Positions 45,874-55,632 of a stretch of DNA of 64,000 bases are shown one piece after another (positions within the stretch are counted from its first letter, which is position 1; each line of letters starts with the position of its first letter). Where the stretch lies: the NCBI GenBank assembly GCA_040264055.1, contig JBDQJC010000005.1, forward strand, positions 1,440 to 65,439, given 5' to 3'. Source of the DNA: Planctomycetota bacterium (GTDB lineage: Bacteria; Planctomycetota; UBA1135). Both the position numbers and the translations under genes were made by a program. The notes under the pieces were generated by a model. It had not been told where the DNA came from. It saw only the letters and a list, made by a program, of their open reading frames with translations, and ran no database searches.

Positions 45874-47223
45874 CTAGGCGGAGGGCAATGCTTCCGCTTC
45901 CAAATCGTAACCATCTGCACCGATGATGCGCACTTTCAGCATCGATCCGGTGCTCCAGGTGTGATGCGGGTCGGCAACGCGCACGATGCCGTCGACTTCC
46001 GGCGCATCGGCTGCGGTACGACCAATCGCCCACTCACCTTCGTTGCCGTCAATCAGGACCTCGCATTCTTCGCCGATTCGCGCGCTTTGCAGCTCGGCGT
46101 GCACCTTCGCCTGCACTTCCATCAGACGCCCTTGGCGTTCCATGGCTTCCTCGTGCGAGCAGCGATCGAGATCGTCGCCCGCAGGTGTGCCGCGCTCGGG
46201 CGAATAGGCGAAGGCGCCGACGCGGTCGATACGGAACTCCTCGAGGAAATCGCAGAGCTCTTGGAACTCGGCTTCCCCCTCACCCGGGTGTCCGACCAGC
46301 ACCGTGGTACGCAAAGTGATGCCTGGAACTTCCTCGCGCAGGCGTGAAAGGATCCCGCGCACGCTCGCGCCGGTGCCTCCACGACGCATGCGCTTCAAAA
46401 CCGGAGTGCTGATGTGCTGCGTCGGGATATCGAGGTAAGGCACGATCTTGTCCGAAGCGTTCATGACTTCGGTCAAGCGCCACGGGAAGCGATTGGGGTA
46501 GGCGTACATGACGCGCAGCCAGCGCAGATCATCGACCTGGGCCATCGCTTCCATGAGTTCGGGCAGGCGCGGGCCGTCAGCGCCGAAGTCAGTGCCATAC
46601 CCGGTGGAGTCTTCGGCAACGAGCACGACTTCGCGCACCCCCTGGCGCACCAGGTTCGCGGTTTCATCGACCACGACATCCAGCGGCTTGCTCGATTGCG
46701 TGCCCCGGATCGCCGGGATGATGCAGAAAGCGCACTTGTGGTCACAGCCGTGCGAAGGCCTGAGGTAGGCATAGCTGCGCGGCGTTTGTAGCAGCCGCAT
46801 GAACTCGCCCTGGCCCTGCGGCGCACGACCGCCCGCGTCTTCGCGCACCTTGCGACCGCGCAGTACTTCCTCGACGATGCGCGCGATATTCGAATAGTCA
46901 CTGAGCCCCAGAAAGGCATCGACATCCGGGAACTTAGCCTCGACATCCTCGCGGAACTTCTCGGGCAAACAACCGGCCACGATGACCGAACGCAAGTTGC
47001 CCTTGCGCTTGGCTTCGAGCATCTCGTTGATCGCGTGCTCGGACTCATCGCGAGCCTCGCCGATGAAGGAGCAAGTGTTGAGCACGGCCACATCGGCCGC
47101 GTCCACATCCCCAGTCAGGGTGAAGCCCTCGGAACCGAGTCGACCCAAGATGTTCTCGGAGTCGATCAGGTTGCGGGCACAGCCCAAGTGCACCAGGGCT
47201 ACGCGAATGTCGCGAACGGTCAT
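45874..47223 (-). CDS. rimO: Ribosomal protein S12 methylthiotransferase RimO (MiaB-family radical SAM)
   Basis: VHLGCARNLIDSE, NTCSFI (UPF0004 cluster), radical-SAM CDHKCAFC, C-terminal TRAM domain. Confidence 0.88.
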   Translation of the reverse strand: MTVRDIRVALVHLGCARNLIDSENILGRLGSEGFTLTGDVDAADVAVLNTCSFIGEARDESEHAINEMLEAKRKGNLRSVIVAGCLPEKFREDVEAKFPDVDAFLGLSDYSNIARIVEEVLRGRKVREDAGGRAPQGQGEFMRLLQTPRSYAYLRPSHGCDHKCAFCIIPAIRGTQSSKPLDVVVDETANLVRQGVREVVLVAEDSTGYGTDFGADGPRLPELMEAMAQVDDLRWLRVMYAYPNRFPWRLTEVMNASDKIVPYLDIPTQHISTPVLKRMRRGGTGASVRGILSRLREEVPGITLRTTVLVGHPGEGEAEFQELCDFLEEFRIDRVGAFAYSPERGTPAGDDLDRCSHEEAMERQGRLMEVQAKVHAELQSARIGEECEVLIDGNEGEWAIGRTAADAPEVDGIVRVADPHHTWSTGSMLKVRIIGADGYDLEAEALPSA

Positions 47224-47234
47224 TGCAGCGGTCT

Positions 47235-49916
47235 TCAGGACTGCTGCTGGGCTTCGAACTCTTCGAGGGTCAGAAGGACCTCTCGAGCCTTCGAGCCAAC
47301 GAAGGGACCCAGCACGCCTTGTTCCGTCATGATATCTATCAGACGGCTTGCGCGGGTGTAACCAATCGAAAGTGCCCTTTGCAGCAGCGAGGCAGAGCCG
47401 CGGCCAGACTGCAGAATGATCCGGCAGGCATCGATGTAGAGCGGGTCATCGACCTCGCCTCCGCCGCCCGTGGCACCCTTCATTTGCACCAGGTCCTCGA
47501 GGAACTCGGGCTTGCCGTGCTCGCGCAAGTGATCACAGATCTCGCGAACCTCATTTTCGCTGACGAAGGCACCCTGCCCGCGAACCATGCCAGATGCCCC
47601 GGGGGGCTTGTACAGGAAGTCACCGTTGCCAAGCAGCGACTCGGCGCCGCCCTCATCGAGGATCACGCGGCTATCGACCAAGCTGGTGACGCGGAAGGCC
47701 ATGCGCACCGGCAGGTTCATTTTGATCAGGCCGGTCACGACATCGGTCGAGGGGCGTTGGGTCGCCACCAAAAGGTGGATTCCGGCGGCACGCGCCTTGG
47801 CAGCCAAGCGGGAAATCGCGATCTCGACTTCCTTCTTCGAGACCATCATCAGGTCGGCAAGCTCGTCGATGACCAGCACGATGTAAGGCATCGTGTCCGG
47901 AAATTCGTCGGGGTCATAGTCTTCGCCGAGGCGTTTCTCGAGCTCTGGGACACCGAGCGCGTTGTAGTCGGTGATATTCCGAACCCCGGCCATCTTGAAC
48001 TGATGGAGCCGGTCTTCCATGGCGCGCACTGCCCATTCTAAGGTGAGTGGAGCCCGCTTCATGTCGGTGACCACCGGGCAAAGCAGGTGCGGAATGTCTT
48101 GGTAGAGCTGCAGTTCGACTTGCTTCGGGTCGATCAGCACCATGCGCACCTGTTGCGGGGTGCGGGTGAGCAGCATGGTTACCAGAATCGAGTTCAAGCA
48201 GACCGATTTGCCCGAGCCGGTCGTACCCGCGACCAACATGTGCGGCATCTTGGAGAGGTCTTCGACCGCTGGTTTGCCCAACGTGTCGCGACCCAGCACC
48301 ATGGGTAGCTTGTTCTTGATCGGGCCGAGGTCGGCGCTTTCGAAGACTTCCTTCAGGCGCACCGGGTCGCGGCGCAAGTTCGGCACTTCGACACCAACCG
48401 TGGTTCGGCCCGGCAGCGGGTAGACGATGCGTACCCCGTGGCTGCCCAACGCAACACCGAGGTCTTCCTTCTGGCTATTTAGCTTCTTGACCGAGACCCC
48501 GACCGCAAGCTGCACTTCAAACAGAGTCAGCGTCGGGCCGCGCTCGGCTCCGACTACTTGAGCATCGAGGCCGAAAGCATCGAAGACGTCTTGTAGGCGA
48601 CGCCCCATGGCGTCGATTTCGGACTGCATCGCCGAGCGGTCGACCGACTCGCTCGCCTCGAGGATCTTCTTGGCCGGCGGCAAGGAATCCAAGCGCGGCT
48701 GCTTGCGCTTCTTGCGGACCGGGGCCTCGTCTTCAAACTCGAGGGCCGCACTCTTCTCTTCCGGAGCCTTCGAAATACCAGGCAGCGATGCGCCTGTCAC
48801 TCCGACGGCAGCCACACTCCCGTTTGTTGCTGACGCAACGGCTGGCTCAGGGGCCGGGCGGGTCGCAGGCTTCTCGACTGGCGTCGCCAGCTTCGATGCT
48901 TGCGCAACGACCTCGGCTTCGACGCTTTCCGCGGTTTCCGCGGCCTCGACGGCTTCCGCTTGCGGAATCATCGCCGGAATGGACGCAAGCTTGCGCGCCT
49001 TGGGAGCTTCCTCGGCAGGCTGGGCAACGGGTGCCGCTTGTTCGGCGAACAGCGGCGCCTCAGGATTGTTTTCACCTTCTGGATGGTAGGGCGCGAGCAA
49101 ACGCTTGACCCGATTCCAGGCTCCACGGATACCACGCGCAGCACGCTGCTGATTCTCGCGTGCCTCTTCCCGCAGGCTCCGTCGATCGGGCGTCAGTGGA
49201 AGTTCCGGTTGACGCAGGCTCTCGCGGCCACGTCGCGCGAGTTCCCGGATCAAGGGAACAAACGCCCATTCCGTGGCAAACAAGCTCGAAAGGCCAAGCA
49301 GCAGGACCAGCAAGGTGACGGATCCGAACTCGCCGAGCGCCTCTGCGATCGGTGGGTAGTAATGGTTGCCGACCCAACCACCGACCCCTGCGGGGAAGGT
49401 CATGGTCGACTCGGGGTCGCCCGCCCAAGCGCGCGAGCAGAGACCAACCGTGATCGCCAAGACGAGCACCCCAATCAACTTGAGGATCGGATTGCTGCCC
49501 TGCTTCTCGCGGAACAAGCGTGCCATGCCCCAGAACACCCCGAAACTCGGGATGAAGAAGCTGCCCATGCCAAAGAAGCGCACCAACTTGTCAGCAATGA
49601 AGTGCCCGACCCGCCCGCAAAGGTTGGAGCCTGGATCGCCCGCGACATAGGTGAGCATCGCCACCAAGGTGAACAGCGAGAGCGCAGCCAGGCCCAAGCC
49701 GAAGGGCTGACGACCGCTGCGTCCGTGCAGGGCATCCCAAAAGCGCCGGGCTGCCCAACTCATGAGCGAGCCAAAGCCGACGAAGAGCGCGCCAACCCAG
49801 CTTCCGAGCACGCGCAGCATTTCGCCAAAGAAGCCGGAGCCCTTCGCGTTGGATCGCGTCGCTTTCTTGCGCGCGGGCGTCTTCTTTCGAGTCGCTTTCT
49901 TCTTCTTGGCAGCCAC
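47235..49916 (-). CDS. ftsK: DNA translocase FtsK
   Basis: 893 aa. Lys-rich N-terminus plus 4-5 TM helices, Pro/Ala-rich linker, motor domain (MPHMLVAGTTGSGKS, LVIDELADL, ATQRPS), gamma wHTH (ASLLQRALSIGYTRASRLIDIMTEQGVLG). Confidence 0.97.
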   Translation of the reverse strand: MAAKKKKATRKKTPARKKATRSNAKGSGFFGEMLRVLGSWVGALFVGFGSLMSWAARRFWDALHGRSGRQPFGLGLAALSLFTLVAMLTYVAGDPGSNLCGRVGHFIADKLVRFFGMGSFFIPSFGVFWGMARLFREKQGSNPILKLIGVLVLAITVGLCSRAWAGDPESTMTFPAGVGGWVGNHYYPPIAEALGEFGSVTLLVLLLGLSSLFATEWAFVPLIRELARRGRESLRQPELPLTPDRRSLREEARENQQRAARGIRGAWNRVKRLLAPYHPEGENNPEAPLFAEQAAPVAQPAEEAPKARKLASIPAMIPQAEAVEAAETAESVEAEVVAQASKLATPVEKPATRPAPEPAVASATNGSVAAVGVTGASLPGISKAPEEKSAALEFEDEAPVRKKRKQPRLDSLPPAKKILEASESVDRSAMQSEIDAMGRRLQDVFDAFGLDAQVVGAERGPTLTLFEVQLAVGVSVKKLNSQKEDLGVALGSHGVRIVYPLPGRTTVGVEVPNLRRDPVRLKEVFESADLGPIKNKLPMVLGRDTLGKPAVEDLSKMPHMLVAGTTGSGKSVCLNSILVTMLLTRTPQQVRMVLIDPKQVELQLYQDIPHLLCPVVTDMKRAPLTLEWAVRAMEDRLHQFKMAGVRNITDYNALGVPELEKRLGEDYDPDEFPDTMPYIVLVIDELADLMMVSKKEVEIAISRLAAKARAAGIHLLVATQRPSTDVVTGLIKMNLPVRMAFRVTSLVDSRVILDEGGAESLLGNGDFLYKPPGASGMVRGQGAFVSENEVREICDHLREHGKPEFLEDLVQMKGATGGGGEVDDPLYIDACRIILQSGRGSASLLQRALSIGYTRASRLIDIMTEQGVLGPFVGSKAREVLLTLEEFEAQQQS

Positions 49917-50005
49917 GATTGCCCTCGTGTTTATCGTAGTCGCGCAAGCGACAGGGATCCAGCAAGCTCAGCCTGCAAGCCCAGAATCGCTCAGAAAGCC
50001 CGGAT

Positions 50006-50629
50006 TCAAGCCTTGCCGATGGTCGCGCGCACCAAAGCCCGCGCCAGACTCGGCTTCGCGGAGGGTCCCAACGCGATTCGACTTCCGTCGGCGCCGAGCA
50101 GCATCAAGCTCGAAGCCGAGGCACCCTGAGCTTCTGGACCGTTCAAGGCCACGAAGTCGAGATTCTTGGCCGCCAACTTGCGGCGCGCTTCGGCCTCACC
50201 GTTTTGACTTTCGAGCGCAAAGCCGACCACCAGGCGACCGGCCTTCTTCTTCGCTAGCGTCGCGACGATGTCTGGGTTGGCGGTGAGTTCCAAGATCTGT
50301 CCCTCTCCAGCATGCCGCTTCAGCTTTTGGCGCGACACTTGGCTCGGTCGGTAGTCCGAGACGGCCGCGATGGCGAACAGTGCATGGCAGCTGGGCCATT
50401 GCGTGCGACAAGCCGCGAGCATTTCTCGAGCGGATTCGACCGCAAGCGTGGTCACGCCCTGCGGTGCACGCAGATTTACCGGGCCGCTGACCAGCACAAC
50501 TTCATGCCCCGCGTTGCGCAAGGCGCGTGCGACGCAGTAGCCCATCCGACCGCTGGAGCGATTACTCAGGAAGCGCACCGGATCGAGTGCCTCGCGCGTG
50601 GGCCCAGCGGTCACGAGTACACGCGCCAT
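50006..50629 (-). CDS. coaB: Phosphopantothenate--cysteine ligase (CoaB domain as a separate ORF)
   Basis: MARVLVTAGPTREALDPVRFLSNRSSGRMGY, AAVSDYRP. In the same frame as coaC, separated from it by TAG plus one codon. Confidence 0.9.
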   Translation of the reverse strand: MARVLVTAGPTREALDPVRFLSNRSSGRMGYCVARALRNAGHEVVLVSGPVNLRAPQGVTTLAVESAREMLAACRTQWPSCHALFAIAAVSDYRPSQVSRQKLKRHAGEGQILELTANPDIVATLAKKKAGRLVVGFALESQNGEAEARRKLAAKNLDFVALNGPEAQGASASSLMLLGADGSRIALGPSAKPSLARALVRATIGKA

Positions 50630-50632
50630 GGC

Positions 50633-51196
50633 CTACTTGTTCGATTTCGCCTTCGAGTCAGCGGCGGACAACGCGGCAACCGCGGCAAGAATGTCTTCGA
50701 CTTCGGCCATGCGCCCCAAGCCATCTTCGCCGCAAGCCGTGGGACCAGCGACCGGTCCAACAAACTGCCAACCATCCTTCGCGAGTTGTTGAAGGTTGCG
50801 TTGCACCGCGGGTTGGCGCCACATCTCGGGGTTCATCGAAGGAGCCGCGATGCGAGGCTTCTCGACTTCGGCGGCAAGCAAGCAGCTACCGAGCAGATCC
50901 GATGCGAGCCCATGCGCCACGCTGCCCAAACGATCGGCCGTGGCCGGAACGAGCAGCACCAAGTCGGCGCGCCGCGCCAGTTGAATGTGGTCCATTCCGG
51001 CTGGGTCTTGCGGCTGCCACTCGTCCGACAAACTGACCCGCCCGGTCAGGCAGGAGAACTGCAGTGGAGTGACCATGCGCGTTGCGCCCGCACTGAGCAC
51101 CGCGGTGACGCCATGCCCCGCTTTCACGAGTTGGGAGGCAAGCGCTGCGGCTTTGAAACAAGCCGCCGAGGCACTGACACCGAGCAGGATTTCCAT
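50633..51196 (-). CDS. coaC: Phosphopantothenoylcysteine decarboxylase (CoaC flavoprotein domain as a separate ORF)
   Basis: ILLGVSASAACFKAAALASQLVKAGHGVTAVLSAGA...LVLLVPATADRL...GRMAEVEDI. Its ATG shares one nt with the gmk stop (TGATG). Confidence 0.9.
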   Translation of the reverse strand: MEILLGVSASAACFKAAALASQLVKAGHGVTAVLSAGATRMVTPLQFSCLTGRVSLSDEWQPQDPAGMDHIQLARRADLVLLVPATADRLGSVAHGLASDLLGSCLLAAEVEKPRIAAPSMNPEMWRQPAVQRNLQQLAKDGWQFVGPVAGPTACGEDGLGRMAEVEDILAAVAALSAADSKAKSNK

Positions 51197-51765
51197 CAGG
51201 CTTCGTGGGGTTGTAGGTCGAGAAGGGCTTCGACCTCGGCGATCATGCGCTCGAGATCGTCGTTGATGACCACATGATCGTACTCGGAAGCGGCAGCCAT
51301 CTCTTGGTCGACGATGGTCAGGCGCCGCGCCATCTGCTCTTCGGTTTCGGTGCCGCGGTCGCGCAGGCGCTGTTCGAGCTCTTCGCGCGAGGGTGGCGCG
51401 ACGAAAATCGAGATGGTCGGCAGACCCGATTCACGCAGAGCCACCGCACCTTGCACATCGATTTCGAGCACGACGTCGAAGCCGGCGTCGATTGCTTCGA
51501 CGACAGGGCCGCGCGGTGTGCCGTAGCGGCGCCCGTGAACCTCGGCCCACTCAAGCAACTCGTTCTGCGCAATCATCTGATCGAAGCGAGCGTCGTCGAC
51601 AAAGTGATAGTCGCGCCCATCCACTTCGTTCTTGCGCGGCGCGCGGGTGGTCACGGAAACCGAAAAACGCACCCGAGGGTGCGCGAGCAATCGTCGCCAC
51701 AAGGTGGACTTTCCAGACGCCGTCGGCCCGGACACGATGACGAGTTGACCGCGCTTATTCGACAT
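51196..51765 (-). CDS. gmk: Guanylate kinase
   Basis: LVIVSGPTASGKST (P-loop), SVSVTTRAPRKNEVDGRDYHFV, EWAEVHGRRYGT. Confidence 0.95.
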   Translation of the reverse strand: MSNKRGQLVIVSGPTASGKSTLWRRLLAHPRVRFSVSVTTRAPRKNEVDGRDYHFVDDARFDQMIAQNELLEWAEVHGRRYGTPRGPVVEAIDAGFDVVLEIDVQGAVALRESGLPTISIFVAPPSREELEQRLRDRGTETEEQMARRLTIVDQEMAAASEYDHVVINDDLERMIAEVEALLDLQPHEA

Positions 51766-52657
51766 TCGCGACTTGCTCCTTCAGCTGGCCCGCGAGCAAC
51801 TTCATGGCGACCACTTGCTCGGAAAGTTGCACATCGGCGGACTTATTGCCCAAGGTCGTCACTTCACGATGAACTTCCTGCAGAAGGAACTCAATCTCGC
51901 GACCGCAGGCGCCACCGCGCGCAAGCAGCTCGTGCAGACTTGCCAGATGGATGTCGAGGCGAGCGATTTCCTCTCGCACATCCGCGCGGTCGGCCAGCGC
52001 AATCAATTCACGCGTCAGGTCGAGCCCTTCCGCTTGTTCGGCCTTGGACAAAGCCGTGTTGACACGCTCGGTCATGCGTTCCTGCCCAGCCGCGATGGCC
52101 TGTGGCACGCGTTTTTCGGCACGCTTCAAGTGAGCTTGAAACTTTTTCAGAATGCGCAGCAGCTCGCGGGCCAAGCGAGCGCCTTCGCGCTGCCGGGCTT
52201 CTTGCAAGGCGGCCAAGGCAGCCTGCATCGCAGCCTTGGATGCCGCGCGCACGGCACGCGTCGTCTTGGCGTCTTCGGCATTCGCCATGAACGCGCCGGG
52301 CAAAGCCAACAGCTCGCTTAACGAAGGATCATGCGCCGCGAGCCCCAACTCTTTTTGGGTGCGCCGCCACTCTTTCAGATGATTCTTCAGCGCACTGCGG
52401 TCCGGGGTCGGCGCCGTTCCAGCAAGGATGCGCACGCGCAGTTGGCCGGTGACCGAGCCTCGATCCAGCGCGGTACGCAATAGCCCCTCGAGCTCGGACT
52501 CGAGTTCGAGTCGCTCCGAAGGCAGGCGCAGTTTCAGATTCAGCGTCTTGCCATTGACGCTGCGCAATTCAACTTCGGCGGAGGCCAGCGCATTCTCGGC
52601 CGCGCCGCGACCGAAGCCGGTCATGCTCGAAACAGTCCCGATCGCGGCGGCAGCCAT
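51755..52657 (-). CDS. yicC: YicC-family stress-induced protein (TIGR00255/DUF1732)
   Basis: SSMTGFGRG...VELRSVNGKTLNLKLRLP N-terminus and C-terminal GREIEFLLQEVHREVTTLGNKS. Start is at ATG 52657 or ATG 52624. The longer ORF-track version (to 52885) overlaps pyrE and is rejected. Confidence 0.85.
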   Translation of the reverse strand: MAAAAIGTVSSMTGFGRGAAENALASAEVELRSVNGKTLNLKLRLPSERLELESELEGLLRTALDRGSVTGQLRVRILAGTAPTPDRSALKNHLKEWRRTQKELGLAAHDPSLSELLALPGAFMANAEDAKTTRAVRAASKAAMQAALAALQEARQREGARLARELLRILKKFQAHLKRAEKRVPQAIAAGQERMTERVNTALSKAEQAEGLDLTRELIALADRADVREEIARLDIHLASLHELLARGGACGREIEFLLQEVHREVTTLGNKSADVQLSEQVVAMKLLAGQLKEQVANVE

Positions 52658-52664
52658 CTGCAGA

Positions 52665-53282
52665 CTAGGTCGAAGAGGGTCGGCTGCCCGGCTTGACCGC
52701 GCGCGCCAAGCCTTCGTGATCGGCCGGCAACTCGGACGGATCCCAGGATGGAATCTCGAGGGCGAGCAAAGGGTAGTACGGACACTCGCCGAAGGGGTTG
52801 TCGACCCCCGAGCGATTGACCAAGGAGGCGAAGCCCACTTGCTTGACGCCCATTTCGTGCAGCATGGCCATGACCTCTTTGGCACTTCCGCCGGTGGTCA
52901 CGACATCTTCGACAATCAGCACGCGCTCTCGGGGCTCGATGTGGAAACCACGACGCAACTGAAAGCCACCTTCTGGCTTGCGTTCGGCAAAGACGCCGCG
53001 CACACCGAGTGCTCGGGCCATTTCGTACCCGATCGTGACCGCCCCCATTGCCGGACCAACCACGACATCGAAAGGCTTCTCTTCCCCGCTGTTGGCTCGG
53101 ATCGACTTCGCCAACATGGCGCAGACTTCTTCCGCCTTGTCCGGGTATTGCAAGAGCTGGGCGCACTGCACATAGCGCTGTGCGTAACGTCCCGACGACA
53201 GCAAGAAATCGCCTTCGAGCAGTGCTTTCGATTCACGAAGCAACTCGAGGGCGCGTTCCAAAGAGAGCGCGGCCGAACTCAT
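52665..53282 (-). CDS. pyrE: Orotate phosphoribosyltransferase
   Basis: GDFLLSSGRYAQRYVQC, VVGPAMGAVTIGYEMA, PRPP loop VLIVEDVVTTGGS. Confidence 0.9.
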   Translation of the reverse strand: MSSAALSLERALELLRESKALLEGDFLLSSGRYAQRYVQCAQLLQYPDKAEEVCAMLAKSIRANSGEEKPFDVVVGPAMGAVTIGYEMARALGVRGVFAERKPEGGFQLRRGFHIEPRERVLIVEDVVTTGGSAKEVMAMLHEMGVKQVGFASLVNRSGVDNPFGECPYYPLLALEIPSWDPSELPADHEGLARAVKPGSRPSST

Positions 53283-53285
53283 CGA

Positions 53286-53627
53286 TCAACCGCCAGCGGG
53301 TGGAGTGATCGGAGTACCGGTGCCGCCCGTGCCGCCCCCACCATTCACAGGCAGGATCTCTGGGTTCTCGACGCCCGGTACGCCTTGCATGACCGAACCC
53401 TTGAGTGGGTCACCCGCCATCCAGTGCAATGCCATCGCCGACAAAACAAAGACGCCGAAGACACCAAAGGTGAAGCGGTTAATGCCACCAGAGCGCACGC
53501 CGAAAGTTTCGGCACCTGCACCGCCAAAGGCATCAGACAGCCCGCCACCCTTGCCTTCCTGGAGCAGAATGACCAGGACAAGCAGCAGAGATGACAGGAA
53601 GAAAAGTGTGTAGAAGAGGAACTCCAT
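53286..53627 (-). CDS. secG: Preprotein translocase subunit SecG with Gly/Pro-rich C-terminal extension
   Basis: LLLVLVILLQEGKGGGLSDAFGG plus a second TM helix. Lies immediately downstream of tpiA, as in many bacteria. Confidence 0.85.
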   Translation of the reverse strand: MEFLFYTLFFLSSLLLVLVILLQEGKGGGLSDAFGGAGAETFGVRSGGINRFTFGVFGVFVLSAMALHWMAGDPLKGSVMQGVPGVENPEILPVNGGGGTGGTGTPITPPAGG

Positions 53628-53642
53628 CGAATCGTGGAGGCT

Positions 53643-54404
53643 TTAGGCGGACGGTGCCGCTGCGATGATCGGACCGAACTGTTCGATCGTCAGGGATGCG
53701 CCGCCGACCAATGCGCCGTCGACGTCGGGTTGGGCAAGCAGCGTGGACACATTGTCGGGCTTTACGCTGCCTCCGTACAGAATTCGGAGCGACTCTCCGA
53801 CTTCTGGGCCAAGAATATCGGCAACCAGGCGGCGACACTCGGCGTGCGCGTCCTGAGCCATCTCGGGAGTGGCGGTTCGGCCGGTGCCGATCGCCCAAAC
53901 GGGCTCGTAAGCCACGCTGATCTTGCTGAAGTAAGCCGGCTTGACCACTTTCAGGGCCTTGAGTTGGCGGGCCAGGACCTCGAAGGTCAGCCCAGCCTCG
54001 CGCTCTTCCAGGGTTTCGCCGACACAGAGCATGACTTCCAGCTTGGCCTTCAGCCCCAGCTTGACCTTCTCGGCGATCTGCGCATCGGTTTCGCCGATGA
54101 CGTGGCGGCGCTCGGAATGGCCGACCAGGACGACATCAACGCCCATATCGCGCAGCATATAAGGGCTGATTTCACCGGTGAAGGCGCCTTCTTTCTTGGG
54201 CCAGCAGTTCTGTGCGCCCAACTTCACATTGCTGCCTTTGAGGTTGCGGCGCACATGGTCCAGGTGGACGTAGGTCGGGAAGACGATGCACTCGCGGCCG
54301 GTGGCCATGCCTTGAGCTGCGGCGACCTCGCGCGCCAAGGCCGAGGCCTTGCGCTTGGTCAGGTGCATCTTCCAGTTACCGGCGAGGATGGGTAGACGGG
54401 TCAT
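53643..54404 (-). CDS. tpiA: Triosephosphate isomerase
   Basis: Start at MTRLPILAGNWKMH (ATG 54404, M62 of ORF 53643-54587). VLVGHSERR, AYEPVWAIGTG, YGGSVKP. Confidence 0.95.
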   Translation of the reverse strand: MTRLPILAGNWKMHLTKRKASALAREVAAAQGMATGRECIVFPTYVHLDHVRRNLKGSNVKLGAQNCWPKKEGAFTGEISPYMLRDMGVDVVLVGHSERRHVIGETDAQIAEKVKLGLKAKLEVMLCVGETLEEREAGLTFEVLARQLKALKVVKPAYFSKISVAYEPVWAIGTGRTATPEMAQDAHAECRRLVADILGPEVGESLRILYGGSVKPDNVSTLLAQPDVDGALVGGASLTIEQFGPIIAAAPSA

Positions 54405-55494
54405 CTGAGGAATTCGAGCTGGTAGAAAAACGAGGCTTCGCCGTGATGAGACGACGATCGACCGCTTCCAAGATCGGCTGCAATCGAGCAACTGCGGCTT
54501 GGAAGGAGGCCAGCGAAAGGGCTTGCGCCGCATCGCTGACAGACTGTGCAGGTTGAGGGTGGACCTCGACCAACAGGCCATCTGCACCAGCAGCTGCCGC
54601 CGCGGCCATCATGGCCGGCACAAGATCGGCTCGGCCGAGTGCGTGCGATGGGTCGACGACCACAGGCAGGTGCGTGCGCGCCTGCAATAAGGGGACGGAA
54701 CCGAGGTCCAAGAGGTTACGCGTTTCTCCGTCAAAGTGTCGCAAGCCGCGCTCACATAGGAGGATATGACGCGCCCCTGCATCCGCCAGAGCTTCGGCCG
54801 CCTGCAGGAACTCGGAGATCGTCGCCGCCATCCCGCGCTTGAGAAGGACCGGCAATCCGCTTGCCGCCGCTGCGCGCAGGAGCGGCGCATTGGCCATGTT
54901 GCGCGAGCCAATCTGGACCATGTGGGCGACTTCCGCAACCGCTTCCATGTCGTTTGGATCGAGCAATTCGGTGACGATCGCCAGCCCGGTTTCGCGATGA
55001 ACTTCGGCAAGAATATCGAGCCCAGCTTCGCCCAATCCGGAGAAGTGATATGCCGAAGTACGCGGTTTGTAAGCACCTGCGCGCAAAGCCGTTGCGCCTG
55101 CCTCGCGAAGCTGGACCGCGAACGGCAGCAGCTGTTCCAGAGACTCGACCGAGCACGGTCCCGCAATGATCGAGGTGTCACCTTTTCCGAATCGCGCGTC
55201 TACTAAGGGAAGACAATCCGCGGTGGCCCTTCGGTCCAGCAAGCGGAACAAGGGCTCCGGGCCATGGCAACACGCCACAACGCTCGGAAGCTCATTCAAA
55301 GCCCGCATCACCTTTTCGGCCGTGCCGGCATCACAAGCAGACAATCGCATCGTGCGATCCGACCGCTCGCCGGCCCCGCGCGGCATCTCTGCACGCAAGC
55401 CCCACTCCTCGGCGCGCGCCCGAACAAATTCGGCCGCCCGTCGCTGGGACTCAGGGCTGGAATCACCAGCCAACAACACATGCACAGAGTTCAT
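54376..55494 (-). CDS. 3-deoxy-7-phosphoheptulonate (DAHP) synthase, type I-beta, with about 90-aa N-terminal regulatory-like extension
   Basis: IIAGPCSVES, LRAGAYKPRTSAYHFSGLG, VQIGSRNM, LLKRG, VVVDPSH, GLLVEVHP blocks. ATG 55494 (a TTG at 55521 is also in frame). The 3' end overlaps the tpiA start by 29 nt. Confidence 0.9.
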   Translation of the reverse strand: MNSVHVLLAGDSSPESQRRAAEFVRARAEEWGLRAEMPRGAGERSDRTMRLSACDAGTAEKVMRALNELPSVVACCHGPEPLFRLLDRRATADCLPLVDARFGKGDTSIIAGPCSVESLEQLLPFAVQLREAGATALRAGAYKPRTSAYHFSGLGEAGLDILAEVHRETGLAIVTELLDPNDMEAVAEVAHMVQIGSRNMANAPLLRAAAASGLPVLLKRGMAATISEFLQAAEALADAGARHILLCERGLRHFDGETRNLLDLGSVPLLQARTHLPVVVDPSHALGRADLVPAMMAAAAAAGADGLLVEVHPQPAQSVSDAAQALSLASFQAAVARLQPILEAVDRRLITAKPRFSTSSNSSDDPSTHPRR

Positions 55495-55632
55495 TTCAGA
55501 TCCGGGGTCGTGCCCCGGCAAAAACGCGCAAAATCATAGGTTTCGCAGGGTTTTTGGTCAATAGTCCACCCCAACCCAAGAATCCAGCCGCGAGGCTAAT
55601 CTGTTGCCGCTGCATCTGCGGCCCCTGCTCTT

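Noticed and set aside
50630-50635. The in-frame TAG between coaC and coaB as programmed read-through or pyrrolysine
   Set aside because: There is no pyl machinery or recoding signal in view. An ATG sits one codon after the stop, at the domain boundary. A simple split gene or a nonsense or sequencing error is far more likely.
53643-54587. N-terminally extended ORF-track versions of real genes: tpiA to 54587, yicC to 52885, rnc from 58078, methyltransferase from 26998, hppA from 37742, fabI to 58388, pgsA to 46033, lipoprotein to 17770, exbD to 18216, SurA-like from 62284
   Set aside because: The extensions overlap neighbouring genes or divergent promoters, are not protein-like, and conserved family N-termini begin at the internal starts listed in the features.
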